IMG/VR virus record: IMGVR_UViG_3300042881_004673
Coordinates: 1 to 64,000 of that record
DNA from: a virus
Length of the DNA stretch: 64,000 bases
Reading direction: 5' to 3' (one strand)
Part shown: in pieces, positions 10,538 to 21,350 of the stretch
Numbering within the stretch: the stretch's first letter is position 1
How the letters are laid out: each line of letters starts with the position of its first letter
The notes under the pieces: generated by a model
The model's database searches: none
Told to the model about the DNA's origin: nothing
Seen by the model: only the letters and a program-made list of their open reading frames with translations
Made by a program: the position numbers and the translations under genes

Positions 10538-10861
10538 ATGACAGACCAAGAAATTACAAAATACGGAGAAATTCAATACCTCAAAGGTAGGATAGATGAA
10601 TTACATAAAGCATTACCAACGATCACAAATTTAGAACGAAAAAGAAAATTAGACCAAAGGGTTGAAAAATACTTTTTAAAACTAAAAAAAGTTGATGAGG
10701 TTTCATATCATTTATATAATGTCGAGTTATTGAATAGATACAAATCAAAAGAAAAATCTAAATTAGAAATTAAAGACTTGTTAGAACAAATACTAATTAA
10801 CGAAACAATTCTAAATGAGGATATAAAACAAAGAATACAACAACAAATTAACAATTATTGA
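10538..10861 (+). CDS. Hypothetical protein
   Basis: ORF track. Confidence 0.55.
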   Translation: MTDQEITKYGEIQYLKGRIDELHKALPTITNLERKRKLDQRVEKYFLKLKKVDEVSYHLYNVELLNRYKSKEKSKLEIKDLLEQILINETILNEDIKQRIQQQINNY

Positions 10862-10906
10862 GTTAATGTTAGTTATGGTATATTTATAATAATAAAACTA
10901 TAAATT

Positions 10907-11431
10907 ATGGGCAATTTTAATCTTACCGAAAAATTAAAAGAAGAATTAAAAAAAAGAAATCTTTGGGAACAAGATGATGATGAGGACGATAATGATGATG
11001 AGGACGATAATGAAGAGGATGACGACAACGAAGAAGAAGAAGAAGATACTGAATCTTCCAATCATAACGAAGATTTCTGTGATATGGCTTGTCAAATATT
11101 ACACTCTCAAAAACAAGCTCACATTTTTCATTTAGGAACAAAGTCATTTGCAGAACACATGGCCCTTAATGGTTATTATAGTGAAATAGACGAACTTATT
11201 GACGGTATTATTGAATCTTATCAAGGTAAATACGGTCTTTTAACTAATTACAAATCATTTAAGAATCAATCTTATAAAAACAAAAACCAAGTATTAAAAT
11301 ACTTTACAAGTTTATTGAATATGATTGAAGAAAAAAGAGATTGTTGTGATGATAGTTATATTCAAAATCAAATTGATACTGTTCAGGAGTTGATTTATTC
11401 AACTATGTATAAGTTGAAATTCTTACAATGA
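10907..11431 (+). CDS. Ferritin/Dps-like (DUF5856-like) protein with acidic N-terminal tract
   Basis: AHIFHL..SFAEHMAL..YY...DGIIESYQGKYG; TATTTAT at 10881. Confidence 0.75.
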   Translation: MGNFNLTEKLKEELKKRNLWEQDDDEDDNDDEDDNEEDDDNEEEEEDTESSNHNEDFCDMACQILHSQKQAHIFHLGTKSFAEHMALNGYYSEIDELIDGIIESYQGKYGLLTNYKSFKNQSYKNKNQVLKYFTSLLNMIEEKRDCCDDSYIQNQIDTVQELIYSTMYKLKFLQ

Positions 11432-12316
11432 TAATTCATGATCGTAGATGACAAAACCATTTTTAAACTTGTCCAATTCTACATCTATTCCCCAGTCATA
11501 AAATATATCTTCTATAGTATTAGTTGCAACATAATCTGATTCTATAAAAAAGGGTTGTTTTAAAACAACTGATTCATATTTGGACAATTCAAAAGGAGAA
11601 TTAGAAATTAGTTTATCAAATTTGTTTGTGGTATATATGTTATGTTTATTTTCCTCATACTCCATAACATCAGTTTCAATTTCTCCATTACCATTGCAGT
11701 AAACACAATCGTAATATCCGTCGCCATCACACTGATTACACATTTCATTACCACTACCATTACATTCAGAACAATCTTCAGTACCATCGCCATCACAACT
11801 ATCACAAGCGTTTCCTTCCTCGTCTTCAGATGAACCACCACAATCGCCACAATCTTCATTACCATTTCCACCACATGTTCGACAACTTATACTACCATCT
11901 CCATCACAACTATCACATTCTTCCCTTCCACTACCATTACAATCAGGACACTCCTCATTAACATATCCGCCTTGGTCACATACATAAAATTCATAACCTT
12001 TTAGATTTTTTAAAACATATTCTAAAGATTTAACAGCATCATTTGTTCTGTGATAATAAAATATTGAAAAAAACAAATACAACTTTTCAGAATCATTTAA
12101 TTTAGAAAAATATGGTCTTAAAAAATCGTCAGTATTTATTCCCGTTTTAATTTGATTAACAGTTTCAAATGTGTCAGAGTTGTTATAGTCTTTTAACGCC
12201 TTGTGAAGTTGCTTAGTAAATTTTAAAAGTAAAAGAATTTTATTTGGATCCATTATTAATTTCTTTTTTAAAATAAATAGTTTATTTTTAGTAATAATAC
12301 AATAAAAAATTATCAA
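11423..12316 (-). CDS. Protein with DnaJ-type CxxCxGxG zinc-finger repeats (start probably internal Met, MDPNK)
   Basis: About eight CxxCxGxG units. Confidence 0.75.
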   Translation of the reverse strand: MIIFYCIITKNKLFILKKKLIMDPNKILLLLKFTKQLHKALKDYNNSDTFETVNQIKTGINTDDFLRPYFSKLNDSEKLYLFFSIFYYHRTNDAVKSLEYVLKNLKGYEFYVCDQGGYVNEECPDCNGSGREECDSCDGDGSISCRTCGGNGNEDCGDCGGSSEDEEGNACDSCDGDGTEDCSECNGSGNEMCNQCDGDGYYDCVYCNGNGEIETDVMEYEENKHNIYTTNKFDKLISNSPFELSKYESVVLKQPFFIESDYVATNTIEDIFYDWGIDVELDKFKNGFVIYDHELSL

Positions 12317-12328
12317 TTAAACAATAGT

Positions 12329-12682
12329 ATGGCGCATCCAATTTTACATGCAAAAAGTTCTGCCAAAAAATTTGGTGGAAAGTGGGAAGATTATATCCAT
12401 ATTCATAACTGGTTAGACGAAACCAAAGGATGGTATGGACATTCATTACATAGAGCGTTCAGACACCATTCGGAAGGGATATTTGAAATGGAACAAAGGT
12501 TTGGATCTGAATTCAAAAATAGTGAAGGTAAAACCGTTTATACAAGATATGCCGGTGAACAACATGTTAAAGAAGATTGTGATGGAATCATACCATCAGC
12601 GTCAGATTGGATGAAGATATTAATATCTGGTGAAAGACCAACATGGGTAACTAGAACAAAAAAGTTAGAGTTTGAAGATTAA
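12329..12682 (+). CDS. DUF6915-like protein
   Basis: MAHPxxHAKSSxKKFGG..EDY..IHxWxD; HRxxRHH. Confidence 0.75.
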   Translation: MAHPILHAKSSAKKFGGKWEDYIHIHNWLDETKGWYGHSLHRAFRHHSEGIFEMEQRFGSEFKNSEGKTVYTRYAGEQHVKEDCDGIIPSASDWMKILISGERPTWVTRTKKLEFED

Positions 12683-12707
12683 AAGTATTTATTAAATAAA
12701 AGTTTAC

Positions 12708-13475
12708 ATGGAACTAACAGAAAAACAAAAAAAGGATCTTAATAGTTTTTCACTAATCTTGAATTCATTAAACATGGAAGATGGTGTTGAATGGTATTAT
12801 AGGTATTATGGTGAGTGGGAAGATGATGAACCTAATGGTCCATCTTATAATAATAGAGATGTAAGTTCTGAGTTAAATTTTTTACCTGGATCAATAGGTG
12901 AATTATTTGAAGAAATAAAAGAAAATTTTGACACGGGTAACTTCTACAATGAATACTATGATAATGAAAACGGAACTTTGTTTTTTATACTTAACGCTGA
13001 AAAAAAAGAAATTATAATCAACTATGATTATTATGACATGATTACTGAAGAGAGTAACATAGAAAAAAACTTTTCGGATTTTTCAAATGTAACGGCTAGT
13101 TGGAGAGGTGAGGAAAGAACAGTAAAAACTTTAACAAACCAAAATGTTGTTAATGAATTAATTAAACAATATGGTAGTTTTTGTAAATTAAGATATGATG
13201 GGGGTGGTGATAGTGGTTGGATTGAAAATGAAATTGAAACTGAAAATGGAATTACAGAAATTAAAAAAGAAACAGATGCTGATGTTGATGGGATTGATAC
13301 AAATTTAGAAACCATATCATACGATTTACTTGAACTTTATTATGGTGGTTGGGAAATAAATGAAGGATCTAGCGGCTCAATTAATTATAATTTCCAAGAA
13401 CAAAAAGTGACGATGACACATTACCAAAATGTTGAATCAACGGAATTAGAACATTACATGACCTTAAAATTTTAA
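12708..13475 (+). CDS. DUF6878-like protein
   Basis: YDGGGDSG and GWEINEGS motifs; next to DUF6915-like gene. Confidence 0.6.
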   Translation: MELTEKQKKDLNSFSLILNSLNMEDGVEWYYRYYGEWEDDEPNGPSYNNRDVSSELNFLPGSIGELFEEIKENFDTGNFYNEYYDNENGTLFFILNAEKKEIIINYDYYDMITEESNIEKNFSDFSNVTASWRGEERTVKTLTNQNVVNELIKQYGSFCKLRYDGGGDSGWIENEIETENGITEIKKETDADVDGIDTNLETISYDLLELYYGGWEINEGSSGSINYNFQEQKVTMTHYQNVESTELEHYMTLKF

Positions 13476-13477
13476 TA

Positions 13478-14332
13478 ATGGATAAATTAATAAGAGAAAA
13501 TATAGAAAGAATTAAAAGTTTAATGATTGAGTCTGATGATAAATCTGAATATAACTTTTGTGAAAGATTTGCAGGAAACAAACAAAAAATGTTACTTTGT
13601 AAAAAAATTGGAACATTAAAAAGTAATCTTCATAAAGACGAAGGTATTGGATTAAAAAAGATAATAAATAGAAAAATTTATGAATTAGGAACCGAAATCC
13701 CAAAGGACTTACAAACTAAATTTATTGAAGGATCCGAATTATTACAATCATTAGGTAAAATATCAGAAACAGAAAAAAACAATTTTATTGATAAAAGAGT
13801 TAGAGGTGGTAGATTGATTTATTTAAATGGTGATTGGCAACCAATTAACAAGTTGAACACGAACTATTATGATTTAGCAGAACTACTTACAGATCTTATT
13901 TATAGAGGTGGTGATAGATCAAAAGACATAATTCGAGAAATTATAAATGACCCAAACAATGCTTTGACAAAAATTAAACCATACTTGGAAAAATTATTAG
14001 CAAAATACTTTAAAGATGTGGAAGAACTGTTAAACTATACCAAGAATATACAAAGAACTTCCGCCATTGGAGAAAGTGCCGAACAAAGAGTTAAAGAACA
14101 TTTACAAAACAAAGGATTCAAAGTGGAATATGAAGGTGGTAATGGAGATTTAATTGATATGGTCTTTGGAACAGATTTAATTATGTCACATCCTGATTAT
14201 GGAACCAAAACAATTCAAATCAAAGCTAGTGAAAAAGCATATGACCAAGATTACAAATATGTTGATTGGATAATAATTGCAACACCTTTCACTATTTATG
14301 ATAATAAAACTAAAGAAAAAATTCAGTTGTGA
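13478..14332 (+). CDS. Leader-bearing protein with C-terminal PD-(D/E)xK nuclease-like domain
   Basis: LIRENIERIKSLMIES leader; GESAE...DLI...IQIK. Confidence 0.55.
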   Translation: MDKLIRENIERIKSLMIESDDKSEYNFCERFAGNKQKMLLCKKIGTLKSNLHKDEGIGLKKIINRKIYELGTEIPKDLQTKFIEGSELLQSLGKISETEKNNFIDKRVRGGRLIYLNGDWQPINKLNTNYYDLAELLTDLIYRGGDRSKDIIREIINDPNNALTKIKPYLEKLLAKYFKDVEELLNYTKNIQRTSAIGESAEQRVKEHLQNKGFKVEYEGGNGDLIDMVFGTDLIMSHPDYGTKTIQIKASEKAYDQDYKYVDWIIIATPFTIYDNKTKEKIQL

Positions 14333-14646
14333 ATCAAGAGATACCTAATAGATTATTAAGAAGAGGAGTAGATCTTGAAAAGATTGGAGATATAATTGAT
14401 TATCAAACCGAGATACAAGACCCTTGTGATCTTGATGATGAAGAAGATTATGCCGATTTTTGTATGGGACAAGCACTTCGTTTTTATTACTGTGATGAAG
14501 GTTATTGTGATGAAGATGATGAAGATTATGTAAAACCATCACCAGCAATGGTAGAAGTTAGAGATGAGGTTGAAGAATATATACAAAAAAAATATTACGA
14601 CTATTTGGTTGAAATATATAATGACATAAGTGATGATTGCGAATAA
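14329..14646 (+). CDS. Acidic hypothetical protein (LRR-start module family)
   Basis: RLLRRGVD start resembles modules at 39187, 42665 and 52220. Confidence 0.55.
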   Translation: MNQEIPNRLLRRGVDLEKIGDIIDYQTEIQDPCDLDDEEDYADFCMGQALRFYYCDEGYCDEDDEDYVKPSPAMVEVRDEVEEYIQKKYYDYLVEIYNDISDDCE

Positions 14647-14954
14647 TGAAAATATTATTAACAGAAAAACAGGCAGATAGAATATTCAACGACAAAATTG
14701 AATGTAAGAAGTGTGAACACTCTTGGAAAAAAGAAGATGATGATTCACATCCTTATCTTTGTCATGATTGTGGTTGGGATCAAAAAAAAGATGATTACGA
14801 TAAAGAAAACCTATTCAAGTTTTGGAAAAAGAAATTGTCCAAAGAACCAATTGACGAAAAATGGTCAAAAGAATATAAAAAGTCAATAAATTGTAATAAC
14901 CCAAAAGGATTTAGTCAGAAGGCGCATTGTCAGGGTAGAAATAAAAAAGATTAA
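14646..14954 (+). CDS. Leader-bearing zinc-ribbon protein with Cys-containing C-terminal peptide
   Basis: MKILLTEKQ leader; two CxxC; IDE-KWSKEYKKSINCNNPKGFSQKAHC. Confidence 0.7.
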   Translation: MKILLTEKQADRIFNDKIECKKCEHSWKKEDDDSHPYLCHDCGWDQKKDDYDKENLFKFWKKKLSKEPIDEKWSKEYKKSINCNNPKGFSQKAHCQGRNKKD

Positions 14955-15505
14955 TGTCTGATAAAGTAAAAAACTTCTTCAGTTATTACATAATTTTTAG
15001 TTTGATTTAATAATTTCTCAATAAAATAAAAATCTTCACCATTTATATTTTTATCAAACAAAAGATTTTTAAATTTGTTTTTATAACAAAAAGAAATCCC
15101 AACATTGTTAATAACAAGTTCATTTTTTCCCCATCTTGGAATTACTAAACCATAAGGGTTTTTCATTCTCCAAACAACAAAATCATGTTTAGAATATTTT
15201 TTAAATAGAGTCTCAACGTAATCAGGATGAACCGTATCATCATCATCCAAAAAACCAATCCACTCTGTGTCACATTTTTTTATACCAACATTTCTAACTA
15301 ATCCAGACTCACCCATTGGTTTGCTATTATTTCCTGTTTTAGTTATTTTGTGTGTTGTAATTCTTGGGTCATCAAAATTTGGACCATCAACACCATCATA
15401 AATTATTAGACACTTCCAAGATTTATTTGTTTGATTTAACAAAGAATCTACAGTTTTATTTAAAGTTGGGCGAGATAAAGAAGGTATTACAAATGTTATT
15501 GACAT
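14951..15505 (-). CDS. Glycosyltransferase family 2
   Basis: ITFVIPS, IYDG, RNVGI, FLDDDD and GEDF motifs. Confidence 0.88.
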   Translation of the reverse strand: MSITFVIPSLSRPTLNKTVDSLLNQTNKSWKCLIIYDGVDGPNFDDPRITTHKITKTGNNSKPMGESGLVRNVGIKKCDTEWIGFLDDDDTVHPDYVETLFKKYSKHDFVVWRMKNPYGLVIPRWGKNELVINNVGISFCYKNKFKNLLFDKNINGEDFYFIEKLLNQTKNYVITEEVFYFIRH

Positions 15506-15545
15506 TAATTTAAAAGTAATTATTTTTTATTGAATAATTATATGT

Positions 15546-16187
15546 ATGGAAAAAAAATTATCAATAGTGATACCTTATAGAAATAGAGAAGAACATTTAA
15601 AAATATTTTTAAAAATTATAAAAAGAAAAATAAATGTGTCTAACTATGACATATTGATTGTTGAACAGGATAACAAAAAACCATTCAATAGGGCAAAACT
15701 TTTAAATATTGGATTTGATTTGAAAAAAGATGAGTCTGATTATTTTTGTTTTCACGATGCGGACATGATGCCAGAAGAAGCCGATTATTCATATGTTGAA
15801 CAACCAACACACGGATTTCACGCAATAAAACATTTGGGATATAGACTTTCTGCAAATAGTAATTACGGAGGGGTAAACTACTTTAACAAGGAAGATTTTA
15901 TTAAAATAAATGGATATAGTAATGAGTTTTGGGGTTGGGGAGGTGAAGACAACGATCTTCTATTTAGAGTCAAATCAAAAGGATTTCCACTTCATAGAAG
16001 ATTGGGTAAGTATGATAATTTACTACACGAAAGAGCTCCAAAACACACACCAGAATATAAAAAAAATGTGGAGAGAATTACAACACCATATGATTATGAT
16101 TTGGAAGGATTAAACACATTAGAATATACTCTAAATGAAACCATTGAGTTAGAAGATAAAGTTAAAAAAGTAAAAGTTGATTTATGA
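15546..16187 (+). CDS. GT7 (beta-1,4-galactosyltransferase-like) glycosyltransferase
   Basis: PYRNREEHL, FNRAKLLNIGF, FHDAD, NGYSNEFWGWGGED. Confidence 0.92.
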   Translation: MEKKLSIVIPYRNREEHLKIFLKIIKRKINVSNYDILIVEQDNKKPFNRAKLLNIGFDLKKDESDYFCFHDADMMPEEADYSYVEQPTHGFHAIKHLGYRLSANSNYGGVNYFNKEDFIKINGYSNEFWGWGGEDNDLLFRVKSKGFPLHRRLGKYDNLLHERAPKHTPEYKKNVERITTPYDYDLEGLNTLEYTLNETIELEDKVKKVKVDL

Positions 16188-16795
16188 GTATTGCCGTAAC
16201 ATTTTACAATAACAAAATAGATGATCAAATAGTTCAGTATCAAAAAAAAGTATTTGATCATTTTGGATTAAAGATAAATCAAATTAACTCACCTACTTGG
16301 CCAGGTCACGGACATTTAGTTGATCAACATATTAAAAGTTTGGGGAACAATTGGGACATTTTTGTTTTGTTTGATATCGATTCAATACCATTAGATAACA
16401 AAATAATTGATGAAGGAATTGAGTGGGCAAAAAACAATTTAGGGTTATTCTCTGTTGCACAAAGACATTACAAAAAAAGTGAAGTTGTTTATGCAAGTCC
16501 GGCTTTTTTAATTTTTAGTAAAAAAACATATGACACAATAGGTAGGCCTTCTTTTATTGAAACAGATAGATCTGATGTTGCTGGCGAATTAACACACACA
16601 TGTTTAGAAAAGAAATTACCTGTTAATATAATCTATCCTTCACACGTTGAACAAAAACAATGGTTATTAGTTGGTAATGAAAGATTTGGTAGAGGAACTA
16701 CTTATGGTAATAGAGTATATCATGCATTTGAATCTAGAATTGGTAACGTAAGTTTATTTGTGAATAAATGTAAAGAAATATTAGGAGAAAAATAA
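16184..16795 (+). CDS. Putative GT-A fold glycosyltransferase
   Basis: LFDIDSIP DxD motif; operon context. Confidence 0.55.
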   Translation: MSIAVTFYNNKIDDQIVQYQKKVFDHFGLKINQINSPTWPGHGHLVDQHIKSLGNNWDIFVLFDIDSIPLDNKIIDEGIEWAKNNLGLFSVAQRHYKKSEVVYASPAFLIFSKKTYDTIGRPSFIETDRSDVAGELTHTCLEKKLPVNIIYPSHVEQKQWLLVGNERFGRGTTYGNRVYHAFESRIGNVSLFVNKCKEILGEK

Positions 16796-17499
16796 TGACT
16801 AAAGAAACTTATGACTTTTGTATTATAATCACAACTTATAATAGAACTGAGATGTTAAATAAACTTCTGAATCAAATTGAAAGTGAGAAAAAAAATCATA
16901 GAATTTTTGTTGCAATTTTTGATGATGGGGGTAATCAAAATATTGATATCAATAAAAGTTACCATAAAAAAATATCGTTATACCCAAACAACGGTAAACA
17001 AAAATATTACAACATAATCAATTCAACACTCAGTGTTTTAAAAAACATTTCAAGTGAGTATTTTATATACCTACCTGATGATATTTCATTGGTTGAAAAT
17101 TTCTTTGATGAAACAAAACGTATTTATGAATCTATTAATTTTTCAGATAAAATATGTTTATCTATTTTAACAGACGGTAGAGTAAATAAAACTAATTGGA
17201 CAGACTTTAAAACTATTGATTATGGTGAATACTATAAAACACAGTGGAATGATTTATGTTTTATTGCAAAAAGAAATTTTTTCGAAACATTAGAATTTAA
17301 AATCATACCAATTAGCCCAAACAGATGGAAAGGAAATCCGAATTTAAGTTCTGGGGTTGGACAACAAATAAGTAATAGACTAAACAAATTAGGTTTAGGA
17401 ATGTATCACACTAAAAAATCTTTGGTTATTCACGGAGATCACGAATCTAAAATGAATTACCACGAAAGAAAAGTAACATCTTTAAAAACAAATGAGTGA
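16795..17499 (+). CDS. Glycosyltransferase family 2-like
   Basis: IIITTYNR, FDDG, YLPDD. Confidence 0.8.
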   Translation: MTKETYDFCIIITTYNRTEMLNKLLNQIESEKKNHRIFVAIFDDGGNQNIDINKSYHKKISLYPNNGKQKYYNIINSTLSVLKNISSEYFIYLPDDISLVENFFDETKRIYESINFSDKICLSILTDGRVNKTNWTDFKTIDYGEYYKTQWNDLCFIAKRNFFETLEFKIIPISPNRWKGNPNLSSGVGQQISNRLNKLGLGMYHTKKSLVIHGDHESKMNYHERKVTSLKTNE

Positions 17500-18433
17500 A
17501 AGAATAATAGTAAACGTCGCATCTTATAAAAGAACAGAATCTTTAATTAGGACTTTAGAATCAATAATCGATCAGTGTGACGAAATTAACGTTGCGCTCA
17601 ATGATCATTATATGGAGGAAATTCCTGATTTTTTTTACCACAAAAAAATAAATCTTTTTTTTACTGACAATTCTATAGGTGATGCATTCAAGTATTTAAA
17701 CTTAGTAAAAGTCGACGGGTATTACTTTTCAATAGATGACGATCTTATTTATCCGCCAACTTATGTTTCTGACACAATTAAAAGATGTAAAGAATTTAAC
17801 AATAAAAAAGTTGTAACTTATCACGGAAGAAATTTCCCATCATTTCCAATATCTAGTTATTATAGATCCGCAAGTGAAAGGTATTCATGTTTAAGCAAAG
17901 TTAAAAACGACGTTAAAGTTCAATTTGGTGGAACTGGAGTAATGTGTTTCCATACCTCACTTATGAAAATACCTATTGACTATTTTAAAAATCCAAACAT
18001 GGCGGATGTTTGGATTGGAAAATACTGTATAGAAAATAATATAGAAATTATTTGTTTAAAACATGATGAAGGATATATGAAATATATTCCACAAAAAACA
18101 ACAATTTATAATGAAGCTTCAAAATCGGATAAAATTCAAACGGGATTAGTTAATGGATTATTTACTCCAAAATTTGTAGAAACAAAAATTGTAGAAACAA
18201 AAATTGTAGAAACAAAAATTGAGGATCAAGAATTTGTAAAAAAAAATACACTTAAAACACTTGAGTTAACTCAAAAACAAATAAATTACGATAAAATAAA
18301 TTCTATTTTTCAAAAAAGTAACCCAAAAACAATTACACAAGCAAAAAACAATCAAGAGGTGGTTAATATAAAATTAAACTCATCAACAATATCAAAACTT
18401 ATGGGTAAAGGTAATAAAAAGTTTAAAAAATAG
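17492..18433 (+). CDS. GT-A fold glycosyltransferase with low-complexity C-terminal tail
   Basis: VASYKR, SIDDDLIYP, GTG and NMADVW motifs. Confidence 0.8.
   Translation: MSERIIVNVASYKRTESLIRTLESIIDQCDEINVALNDHYMEEIPDFFYHKKINLFFTDNSIGDAFKYLNLVKVDGYYFSIDDDLIYPPTYVSDTIKRCKEFNNKKVVTYHGRNFPSFPISSYYRSASERYSCLSKVKNDVKVQFGGTGVMCFHTSLMKIPIDYFKNPNMADVWIGKYCIENNIEIICLKHDEGYMKYIPQKTTIYNEASKSDKIQTGLVNGLFTPKFVETKIVETKIVETKIEDQEFVKKNTLKTLELTQKQINYDKINSIFQKSNPKTITQAKNNQEVVNIKLNSSTISKLMGKGNKKFKK
18176..18220 (+). repeat. Perfect in-frame 15-bp tandem repeat x3 (VETKI)
   Basis: gtagaaacaaaaatt three times. Confidence 0.95.
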
Positions 18434-18477
18434 TTTTTATTTTGTTTTTGTAATATTTATTAATAAAAAACATTATT

Positions 18478-21276
18478 ATGCCAATTAAACTAACAATATC
18501 ACAACAACCTAACGGAGTTTTATTCTCAGGATCAGGAACACTTAATACAACCTCACTTCAAAATTTACCATCATGGGGATTAAACATGGGAACTGGAATT
18601 TTTTTTAGAGGCCCAAGTAAAATTGTTGGTGGAGCCGTTGGTAATATAAAGTTACATTCAAACTTACTACAAAATTTAGTGCCAATAAGTACATTATCAA
18701 GTAGTATATATGGTACTAGTGGTGTTATTAATTTAACGGGGGGGGCTATGAATTATTTTTTCTCAATAGGTAACCCTTGGAATGATAGTAATTCTTTTCC
18801 AAACGCCCTATCTTATTCTGATAATTACATTTCAAATCAACCTTTTAATTTTTCATATCTTATACCTAATCAAACTTATACAAGTTTAGGTATAGTTCCA
18901 CAAAATAATACTTATAGTTGGACAAATCCGCAGTTAGGTGTTTCTGACAACGTACAGGTTGTGGTATTACAACCACAAAACGCGAATGTTATAATTACTA
19001 TACAACAAGTTTTAAATACTGTTAACGTAAGTGTTGTTGGAACAATAAACCCTAACGGATTAGTACCTAATGGTGTTTTTACTTATAATCCTGGTGGTTA
19101 TTTAAAAGGTTCAAACCCAAATAAAAGGGTTTTTATGTTTCCTGATAACGCTCAGATGCAAACATGGCAGATAACATCATACCCTACACAACCCTTTTCA
19201 CTCAATCAAGGCATTGTTGCTGCCAATATTCAGCCATCACAACCACCATACTTTCTTATTGATAATTCTAGTTTTGGAATTAGTTCAAATGCGACAAGCG
19301 GTTACATAAATACATCAATGGTTTATAATGATCCTGGAGCAACGATTCAAACCTTAGGTTTCATTACAGGAACTTACATATGGATGGCGCCCAACAACGT
19401 ATTCCAAATGAATGTTTTACCGCCACCATCACCTACACCAACTGTAACACCAACTAAGACTACAACACCAACAGTTACACCAACAAAAACAGTTACACCA
19501 ACTGTTACTAAAACACCAACTGTAACACCAACAAATACCGCAACACCAACAAATACCGCAACACCAACTGTAACTCCAACAATTACGCCAACAAATACTG
19601 CAACACCAACTGTCACACCGACACTTACTCTTACGCCAACAGTTACAAATACAGTTACACCGACAATAACCGCAACTCAAACTGAAACACCAACACCAAC
19701 TGTTACACCTACCAATACTTTAACACCAACAGTTACGGCTACAAATACGCCGACATTAACTAAAACACCATCACCTACACCAACAACAACACCAACTAAC
19801 ACTCCAAGTAACACACCAAACATATCATCAAACTGTTGTTCAAATCCTGAAAATCTTCCACAAGTTAATCAAACAGTTGTTAGAAACTTCACAAACGTAA
19901 CTGCTACAGGTTCTGGAAACATTGGAGTAGGTCCTAATGCTATTAATACGTATTACCAACAATATATAGGATCATTTACAATGTTGAGTGATATTATTTT
20001 AGGAACAAATGGTGGGTTTACTTATACTTTAACTTTTTCAAATCAGATTCAAGGGATAAGATTTTTAATGTATGGAATGAATGTTAGTCCGGTATGTTCA
20101 TTTACATTCACAACAGACAGTGGACCTATAACTATTACCACATGTCAAAGCGGATGTTTAAGTGTTTCTGGAAATGTTATTTCGACAAGTACGCCATGTA
20201 ATCTTCTTGCAGGGGCTGGTTATTTTGAAATAATACCTACCTCTCCTTTCACAATATTAACTATAACAGGACCAGGTGATTCGGGGGGTACGGGTCTTCA
20301 ACTATGTTATTTAGATGCAATAATTCCTTCACCAACACCGACACCAACAAATACCTTAACACCAACACCAACTGTTACCGTAAGTGTTACACCAAGTATT
20401 GCTGCGTCACCAACAGCGACACCTACAAACACGGCAACACCAACAGTTACACCAACAGTTACACCAACGATTACTGAAACCCCAACACCTACGGTTACTC
20501 CAACAATTACGGAAACACCGACCGAAACGCCAACAAATACACCAACATTAACACCAACAAATACGCCAACTGTTACTGTAACGCCAACTGTTACGGCAAC
20601 TAACACGCAAACACCAACTGTAACACCGACTGAAACACCAACAAATACACCAACAGTAACGTCAACAGTAACACCAACTGTCACACCTACTGCAACTCCA
20701 ACATTAACACCACAGTCAACAGTTACTCCAACTTTAACTTCAACACCAACTCTTACACCTACGGTAACTACAACGCCATCAGTAACGCCTACATTAACGG
20801 CAACACCAACAGCGACTGTAACACCGACTATTTCAATTACACCGACGTTGACACCAACACCAACAACTTCACCAGCACCATCAAATGTGACAATATTACT
20901 CAACACATTAATTGTTGATGGTTCAATTAACATGTTAGTTACAATTAATTATAACAATACAATTCCATTTGCAACTATTGTAAGTTTCAACCTGAACTTG
21001 GTTTATACTAATGGAACAACGTATACAGTTCCGTTTACAATCAACATGCCGGCAAATACACCACAAGGATTTGGATCGTTTAATATTCCAGGAAATGCGG
21101 CACAAATATCACAAGGACTTACAAATATTAGTAATGTTGTGATTACCAATTATTCAGGAACCGTTATTCCAAATATTAATATTACGGTAAATCCTACGCC
21201 AACACCAACACCTACAGCGACATTAACACCATTCCCAACAGTAACACCTTCACCGGCTAACTGTTGTATAATTTAA
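18478..21276 (+). CDS. Mucin-like Pro/Thr-repeat protein 1 (putative virion surface or fibre protein)
   Basis: Beta-rich domains separated by two long TPTxTPT tracts; ends PSPANCCII; TATTTAT at 18454. Confidence 0.8.
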   Translation: MPIKLTISQQPNGVLFSGSGTLNTTSLQNLPSWGLNMGTGIFFRGPSKIVGGAVGNIKLHSNLLQNLVPISTLSSSIYGTSGVINLTGGAMNYFFSIGNPWNDSNSFPNALSYSDNYISNQPFNFSYLIPNQTYTSLGIVPQNNTYSWTNPQLGVSDNVQVVVLQPQNANVIITIQQVLNTVNVSVVGTINPNGLVPNGVFTYNPGGYLKGSNPNKRVFMFPDNAQMQTWQITSYPTQPFSLNQGIVAANIQPSQPPYFLIDNSSFGISSNATSGYINTSMVYNDPGATIQTLGFITGTYIWMAPNNVFQMNVLPPPSPTPTVTPTKTTTPTVTPTKTVTPTVTKTPTVTPTNTATPTNTATPTVTPTITPTNTATPTVTPTLTLTPTVTNTVTPTITATQTETPTPTVTPTNTLTPTVTATNTPTLTKTPSPTPTTTPTNTPSNTPNISSNCCSNPENLPQVNQTVVRNFTNVTATGSGNIGVGPNAINTYYQQYIGSFTMLSDIILGTNGGFTYTLTFSNQIQGIRFLMYGMNVSPVCSFTFTTDSGPITITTCQSGCLSVSGNVISTSTPCNLLAGAGYFEIIPTSPFTILTITGPGDSGGTGLQLCYLDAIIPSPTPTPTNTLTPTPTVTVSVTPSIAASPTATPTNTATPTVTPTVTPTITETPTPTVTPTITETPTETPTNTPTLTPTNTPTVTVTPTVTATNTQTPTVTPTETPTNTPTVTSTVTPTVTPTATPTLTPQSTVTPTLTSTPTLTPTVTTTPSVTPTLTATPTATVTPTISITPTLTPTPTTSPAPSNVTILLNTLIVDGSINMLVTINYNNTIPFATIVSFNLNLVYTNGTTYTVPFTINMPANTPQGFGSFNIPGNAAQISQGLTNISNVVITNYSGTVIPNINITVNPTPTPTPTATLTPFPTVTPSPANCCII

Positions 21277-21350
21277 TTTAAAAGATAAAAAAAATGATGG
21301 CCCGATAAAACAATTTGTCGGGTCATTGTATTTATATATAAAAATAGATT

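Noticed and set aside
11423-12316. DnaJ chaperone
   Set aside because: Only the zinc-finger repeats are present; no HPD-containing J domain
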